Of a stretch of 64,000 nt of DNA, positions 61,301 to 64,000 are shown in pieces. Numbering within the stretch: the first letter of the stretch is position 1; every line of letters starts with the position of its first letter. The stretch is from Candidatus Heimdallarchaeota archaeon (GTDB lineage: Archaea > Asgardarchaeota > Heimdallarchaeia > Heimdallarchaeales > Heimdallarchaeaceae), in contig JAHLWR010000013.1 in the NCBI GenBank assembly GCA_019057815.1, positions 1 through 64,000 of the forward strand, given 5' to 3'. Position numbers and translations under genes: made by a program. The notes beneath the pieces are model-generated. The model did no database searches and was not told where the DNA came from. It saw nothing but the letters and a program-made list of their open reading frames with translations.

Positions 61301-64000
61301 TTATAGACTTCTATTTTTCTAATAGTGAAGGTTGTAGGTTTATCGAAAGATATTACTAATTGTCCAACTGACTGATCGTTATTGGGGTATAATATCTCAT
61401 ACATGTTTTTATGGATTGTAACAAATCCTTGTATACGGTTAGTAAACGGTGTAATATCGTAATACTGGTTATTAACACCTAAAGATATTGAGTTATTTTC
61501 TTCTATATCGTCTGTCATTATATCAATTGCTACAAACGGATATTCTGTTACATTTACGGGGTTGAAATTGATGTATAGTCTTCCTTCATCATAACTAGTA
61601 TGGTTTACTCTTAAGATACCGTTTTCAAAACTGACATTTGTGTTAAAGGCTATTACACGTTTATCATCAAAAACATACATACTAAAGTAATATTCTTTAG
61701 TAAAAACATTTTCTACCCAACGTTTAGTAGTTGAATATTTATCAAAGTCTTCAGCCCATCCAAAGTCTGATGTAGAATACTCATAATCTTCTTCAGCTTC
61801 GGAATGACTAGTAATATCTGTTGCTTGTAAGGATAATAATTGTATTGGAATACGTCTATCAATCATTATTATAACTTCATACAGTCCTTCATATCCTATT
61901 ATAACGAGAGAATGACTATGGAAATCAAAATCATTATCTAAGAAAATAATTGAACCTACATATTGTGCGTCGTCAAGATTAAATATTCCATCGATTTCTA
62001 ATAAGAAAATGTGGAAAGTAAGTCTTTCTGTTACGTTCTCTCCAACATAATAATTTGCGAGAGCAGTTAAATATAATCGTGTTTCGTTTTTTAGAAACAT
62101 GTCATATGATGCTATAAAGTTTAGATCTTCAGGTGTTTCTCTTGTAATTATTGAACTGTTATCATATGAACTACTGCTACCCAAATCTAGATATTTGAGG
62201 CTAATAATGTTGGGGAAGATTTCATTAGTATAAATTGCAGATTGTGTGATTCTTAAAGCGAATACATCAGAATTATGGCTTACGGGAATCTCATTACTGA
62301 GTACAATAAGAGGGGCAATAGGGATATAATAATCTCCACGATATAATCCCAACAAGAGTTCAGAATCTTTTCTTCCAAATCTGAACCATATATCAGCATC
62401 GATAATACTATCATCAACATATTGAATGACTAAATACTCACCTATATAGACATTAATGGTTAGAACATCAGTAGTAATTATTTCAACCTTAAACGCTATG
62501 TTGTAGGCGTTATCTAAGAATTCAAAAGTTAGATATCCTATACAATTATAACTAATTGTTGTGTTAATATGAGCGGTCATTAAAAAGTCGTCTACAAGAA
62601 CCATATCTTTCCAGAATGTTCTTCCTTTTGGTACATAGGTAAACTGTGAGAAATCAAAGAGGGTTTTTAATCCTTCATTTAGTACATAAGGTATTTCATT
62701 AGTTGCTACATTTCCATAAGCATAAGTTGCAAAATCATCAATTGTTGCAAAATCAGTACTATAATCAGGGGCTACAAAAGATGTGATAGCATTGAAAGGA
62801 TGAGGATTATCAATAGGTAAGCTTTTTGTACAAACATATATTGCATTAATACCCATTGTGTTCGTAACCGTGTTATTTCCCAGTGAAAGTTCTTTGATTT
62901 TTATCCTATCAATATAAAGCTGTTCAATCTCATTGGTATATGTAAAAATTGTCTCAAGTTGGTTGGTTCCAGTTATGTCAGATAAAACTGACAATGTATT
63001 ACCTTCTCTCATTATCCTGAAGACATTGTTATTTATATCATTAGAATGTGAAAAACTATCTACAAGAACACGATTGATGAATAATGAGATAGTGACATGT
63101 CCTTGTTCTTCTCCTGTGAATCTAAGTTCAAAGAGATCAAGATACTGCAAATGATCTTCTAAAATAATTGAAATTATTCCATAATTTTTATCTAACAAGT
63201 AAGTAAGTCTTGTATCTAAATAAAAATCTGTTTCAAAGGTATAATCATATGCATAGACGTTTCCGTACCAATCTGTGCCATCTTGGAAAGGACGTTCAAA
63301 GTTAGTAGTAAGGTAAGTTGCATTTTGTAGGATGGTTTGAGAAGTATAGTAATTTATTCCTTTTATTTCCCAGTTTGAAAGATCAGAAAAGTGGTCATTT
63401 AAGATTACATATTCACTTTCCCACGGCGCATCGTATTGAGTGACAAGAGCATCTTTTAGGGTTATATCTCCTAACATCATTAATAGTGGTTCTGGGGACG
63501 CAAAATCAAAAGTAGTAATAATGTCAATGTTTTCAATTCTATAAGGTTCGATGTTTAAACTTAGATGAGGTACTAAAATGTCTACACTGTTAATATTACT
63601 ATAGAAAGTGAGTGTATTCCCTTCTTGTATCAAACGTAAGGAACTATATTGCAAAACTGTTTTTTGAATAGTAATAATGTCTGTTCCACTAGTAGAGTGT
63701 AAGCTTATTATTATTGAACTTCCAGTAAATTCTAGATGTAAATAACTATTCATATTATTAAGCGAAATTGTCAGACTTCCAATCTTATCGATTGATTCAA
63801 TATTTACACGGAAATCAATCATAAAATCATAATCGGAAGAAACATTTCTAGAAAACGTTATCGCAATATTTTGTGTAAGAGTGTTTAAAGGAGTTATTTT
63901 CATGTAATTGTTCTCATTTGTTATCCCTATATCAGATACATCACAGCCATCATATGATGTTAACCAGTTTCCTGCAATATATGAATTGTACATATTTTCT
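49372..64000 (-). CDS. Giant membrane-associated protein (>4873 aa); frame stays open to the window edge, so the N-terminus is probably missing
   Basis: Uninterrupted 14.6-kb frame; ~2800 aa of acidic beta-rich, NxS/T-rich sequence; two TM helices near 55190-55345; K/E-rich helical C-terminal region. Confidence 0.85.
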   Translation of the reverse strand, partial: ENMYNSYIAGNWLTSYDGCDVSDIGITNENNYMKITPLNTLTQNIAITFSRNVSSDYDFMIDFRVNIESIDKIGSLTISLNNMNSYLHLEFTGSSIIISLHSTSGTDIITIQKTVLQYSSLRLIQEGNTLTFYSNINSVDILVPHLSLNIEPYRIENIDIITTFDFASPEPLLMMLGDITLKDALVTQYDAPWESEYVILNDHFSDLSNWEIKGINYYTSQTILQNATYLTTNFERPFQDGTDWYGNVYAYDYTFETDFYLDTRLTYLLDKNYGIISIILEDHLQYLDLFELRFTGEEQGHVTISLFINRVLVDSFSHSNDINNNVFRIMREGNTLSVLSDITGTNQLETIFTYTNEIEQLYIDRIKIKELSLGNNTVTNTMGINAIYVCTKSLPIDNPHPFNAITSFVAPDYSTDFATIDDFATYAYGNVATNEIPYVLNEGLKTLFDFSQFTYVPKGRTFWKDMVLVDDFLMTAHINTTISYNCIGYLTFEFLDNAYNIAFKVEIITTDVLTINVYIGEYLVIQYVDDSIIDADIWFRFGRKDSELLLGLYRGDYYIPIAPLIVLSNEIPVSHNSDVFALRITQSAIYTNEIFPNIISLKYLDLGSSSSYDNSSIITRETPEDLNFIASYDMFLKNETRLYLTALANYYVGENVTERLTFHIFLLEIDGIFNLDDAQYVGSIIFLDNDFDFHSHSLVIIGYEGLYEVIIMIDRRIPIQLLSLQATDITSHSEAEEDYEYSTSDFGWAEDFDKYSTTKRWVENVFTKEYYFSMYVFDDKRVIAFNTNVSFENGILRVNHTSYDEGRLYINFNPVNVTEYPFVAIDIMTDDIEENNSISLGVNNQYYDITPFTNRIQGFVTIHKNMYEILYPNNDQSVGQLVISFDKPTTFTIRKIEVYKIAKYNYLHTEESNENSYADIGYANNIDTAIVFLIGSAITPTREQQELNAVSFFKAKYPDVPIYYYYSEDANFPNWMKNTLRTSSKKYILVVFDELPTKLLEKYYYYDDYGRPFEKYLLQEWIERGNNLFWAGSEPFGKGIDDQGIVNPIDGDIVRKYLGEVINNTVVPDVIPTDIETNITTEGEMVGLQPYNPSWLVNYTAMPRYGGKLLAYYHNEEGVEYNITIHQGLELTNPLMFNNYWISGFVDSPISFINTIDSSVLLQIFMQFYLEPPSFDNVFGALLLHGPITLQKTFSFSKEYEQISLSASNYINVIIDNETIDFNIYDEKCLADYGVNNSINGFILQLNETFTAIYGISFIEKNTDMQREVYYFDSPEENIDTYLQMIEGGFSYSDAYNMLRGAGAAFLDTHPYENTIFELEMSVQPSTWIEGDIRTDVAGMMLELPTENIANSFYDGLFIGFKVVEDIDYTYPLYLVIMQYQGASDTYSLLFEQKIVNLGNSIDPGPNSVDNMNLQPLKLTIVKTITPSGQVRYDIYAKCYRVFGISEWDEVRAMQQANDGEYGMATRWFATSTSVTVQGYQASNIGFYSNRTNFFYNSLVIYPTSPEQTGDYISLDSGHTYMSIDGLWVDGQISTNYIDMKDVNYLVTLSNLFQNVWDTQTTRRVYIGVMNDLGHTCALAWDLGGFGYDILGEFAHVYFDDQASKNDEIFKIRIEIKENSDVVFSIYSEDDMGQSIVEEIFYHNNFMKPHLNGGTKVKLFIQTENTMVYIEEIRNGKFYTSPLTYSHGRGLQGAGEISYWLKGETEYSLKMFNSSISNSFIMGNYTESLGTFTTTFIANDTTNAVFTTTHNDNELFNIEIRDNILYFDNQSLDYQIYSGHIYTLTFNFNSSYQVLFIDDGTKEEKWEYDGTTINIDIGYTYHVSMSTTTGTLYLLEVSIGVINSDFSYKDLEGWSYNVDDNGLFTFSEDYFARKGILQLIVNPLYGPVNISVYGDDDQFLGYRCIDYNAFTTNHPVIIILDDFSIVGLHKYTLHFDNIVEFDKIALGKVKTITNFLYTSPSNPDILPSDAKYSVDLIDIPSVESVDVTLVNSLEFYYKIAEGDVLTVTLPLQASYMEDYNYYEKNLNLEIILANLYFTSTNFDPYDLNDTNYSGYHHIEYAVPIKDDNDWHYFSLNFMNLIAYISATQVGTEQSLNLLDVTNPYDYISNFYSVVKVKDFYVDGTHYTLSCSAGSSELKGFNLYAILPTINPSENTPSALLNTDSTWQPILSDDLGYINLKERLNLTFADVFAFDMTFTVLTEKESIGTLIINTNVEFSIDNPVSYQFSYDVANKYEEKEIKIPLNNLYGGYHTFIFRIHHTTFNDSSFNDYQPFFKVNIVLDKSFTLLKDSMKTVLDSNNFTFIPEWTVSNPDIYIDKTGEYFRNGDIDIPEWNGEYIPIYSNYSMSYFLTEWFEKAVPLAGDVIFNNITYNDMALGYSSITDYGTIEELGQIDSGFYSNDTQIVVSTTIRHLTEITPDLQYILHSNLNLSSFLAIYIDGFLIRQPNDFNASSFRNELLLADANGNFQFTMKPYDLTNTYNGDDISTTWHTAGFHTFVFVLNDLNAYNSLNFTLSIEGINEFISLVAQPTDYHIDLMDKLGQRRIFLALDEYTGGTNTFTYAPVDIARRSYSSKKYLMSYFYCDGLAIHTVKIVWIGVADYDETDGIGYAVFGYIYDQNTAHEYHEIQIQKVELQEMVPCSTTTQSNYQSINNLEVKNLQTQDLENIKLYTATTSGDTSINHDLLAVQENSYTMEITSVGTTLELNDVINIEYWNLFDEHYNTGPIDYLVLNITDNNVEGFNTTQFRITLQDRVITINLLTKELHVLYNGMYIAHFLNSLSVEFNNHYDGNFIFTSQVLLKLFSYDYVVPDERTVTPQSLLYAQQTLEDYLLNYDWEGAFLQFVKSSWNNFINYLRYNFYCPLKQFIDVLKSGELLDRWIENADEHFHIYAILGSIMLLTGGLMLYGNIQGRFLTFIVKKTFIIAGIMLVGMVILDMTGGPNWIASGLSAMFNTLKAKIVEFFSNPGKYILQFFRNVLVSAKVVFSKTKDFLISWGNRIKTSFINFWQKITAIFNLLKSFLTGELSFNDFMRTLGSLLKGDFTDWAEKKYYYLLRFILLLEWVFHIGGCTGIVSKEEYPYVQSNADMLLHLNYRAHNRENYNFGGENLFMVYLKTIANEIAKSEGVAIGGNEAAQVKYIAEVLRKTGFSVVISDSLGANISTVYVPNTKKLGVTNPNDVRNPDSLNQSADIVIYKVIGAEDEISYEMFFGMSDNFVIPGINLGTGLKESTFMTIMEMFLARFSITALWQDVRDAIFDPNNFFRGLAISQIPGDILMVLSDIDEPSHQAQDLLSKKIKNTKEWEFWKKEAVGKNIDFDNPSSWSQSDRMLLEYIEKLSPQNALSSLELGNTFKFGTRELLEFGTKLVGSFLQWGIFWPQTIYTTLLGTVMGLKEQLMWSAMSLLLKAKGMSSQRIVLITQKTQGTSSYKFLQAFAHNYWFHSMMEWMYDLGPAADILNDLAYYGGAESLEDLDHYEPPVTQSLVQKLLLTTNGRQPTLDEFRFDEDNRNRIAQELELKAKMEMLQLRPHFHNLITEQDGIDLLNKVKSGEITNLSDEDVRIIRDYFEITVDDLLKPAKAVNRFATNFIKFLDGENNAEKLTKLMKLEKVNGDTFLKIQMGSEEINLKIDPDTIQESGFYQTLLLINAQDNIKKILAKATIGVALNDDGSINKKICGDELEELIAISEGIKDTAIYQLLEEFIKMEKEIDNDAVFADGNSIGNEQYQLLFEHSMLDFGMYILTQIRNYLIGHKALAETQQLTLDLIGALFIMNCPQAKENYKARMTSQIRNIIKQGQRKVIAGIGNPFLSLELNPVTGEVTDVKNNLIGESKINTENILNKLFKSQSETRLSPTGADATSEGKTYFFIIKENEGVFSYKCLQVDSLIVHEYKVRQDHLRFNKKATNIVTTDRMTEEARKVFEELGVMDKIDSVDYVPTFDIPLGGTAGIRRIVESFQKTFGIYPDSTKSFTVDEFKRKIEEKSDELNINLGLLLKKWVLKQSIIALFQKEPSVQVDENGFIVFKLDDGTEVVYSIKSEKDSLSYFNHKQVAEQMKHTAEIEIFEGIKIVKGDGTIEYKKTITFTDTGTGEEVADTIKLSAYTGMFSSSVAKSNIVDLHYPNNKEIWLSSSIFHAQFNKDGVKYNRYYIIKKDGTTLVANTFTDLKDKIKNEYKNEEDLLTNPPIASVFYEKSNGNFKDTNEGNIIKTLAVGLEDKLLNGETTEPLGDVCLNFELEIFNTALLPKSNPNYSPHISNYLEILTSMTKIDDFRTYMDICNSKYESIRDDIKTMENSEQKYKMLMGAIERTVINPSIELLESDMLTKPMEKQYSQAYSDQSNTLNRFKDTTNVRIVGSAIHSAVQIIKNMVLYYKNIRQEKVSYVFSIQNTIQNSNGRGFVVEVTFRASPQGDYKYDLTNVITAINKLSFKDSIGESADGTTIIYINDILKYQSNSLIDQSKIEAINKLIQQNLDVGKDVIKEDGTIKNLTPKQDATKFLAVRFTEDSEGNKALYLSLSSLINALETLIGKRNSIEYRVDLQNLWNKNLQIKYGLELVNLKSPDGGRILLQSMPELKEALIEGCMYINKINYQRANNRINKIISINDLVDVLKIVFQQSRTVRINSLTYITRSIVAENDRSQGLNDILTVIMKFALELFEIMTDYGQIKPVDYTKYKFERFIFTLPSSIANYRKIWDKLHTEWMINTRNKKSKNQEVNVITEAFIENYITKMKNEGEIVDGSIEEIVLSVIKDIIENRKAMPVPLTVKKDENGNLISIKEEEKIFRELYDIISTQVEIDRIYTLDHVDYVKLYAKYSLITAYKTIMEIGGLTTRLELRQSVRNFINNLMKEVREGYYNTDIDFARMFAACINFRKVIRDYI

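Noticed and set aside
50246-63154. Plus-strand and alternative-frame ORFs inside the giant gene (and similar short ORFs antisense to lysS, GGR, ABC permease, ahcY, lhr, GTPases)
   Set aside because: Shadow ORFs opposite well-supported genes, with no motifs.

Overview
AT-rich (~30% GC by eye) archaeal chromosome segment, almost certainly from an Asgard archaeon, probably Heimdallarchaeia. This is inferred from archaeal housekeeping genes (class I LysRS, GGR, Rpo6, eL42/L44e, intron-containing tRNA, type IV pilin) mixed with eukaryotic-signature proteins (one Arf-like and two Rab-like GTPases, a folliculin/DENN-like protein, a longin-Yip1-like membrane protein). Most of the window is metabolism and housekeeping (ribA, acylphosphatase, Sir2, lysS, ahcY, sucCD, coaD, Ard1, MEMO1). 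It also holds a twin cellulose-synthase-like/GT-C/ABC-permease cluster, a 1908-aa Lhr helicase with a partner resembling its C-terminal domain, and the 3' 14.6 kb of a giant (>4873 aa) membrane protein. Reading the non-coding DNA gave the most striking results. (1) A circularly permuted 5S rRNA gene (47711-47831, minus strand): the 3' half precedes the 5' half, helix I is closed by a UACG tetraloop, and new ends are grafted on the helix III bulge. (2) A non-autonomous IS607-like TnpB element with a Fanzor-type rearranged RuvC. Its predicted guide matches (32/33 nt) a host gene 16 kb away that lacks exactly the 3-nt putative TAM. (3) A textbook C/D box sRNA predicted to methylate a peptidyl-transferase-centre adenosine. 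(4) A tRNA-His with eukaryote-like A73 and no encoded G-1. All family assignments come from motif recognition by eye; no database searches were run.
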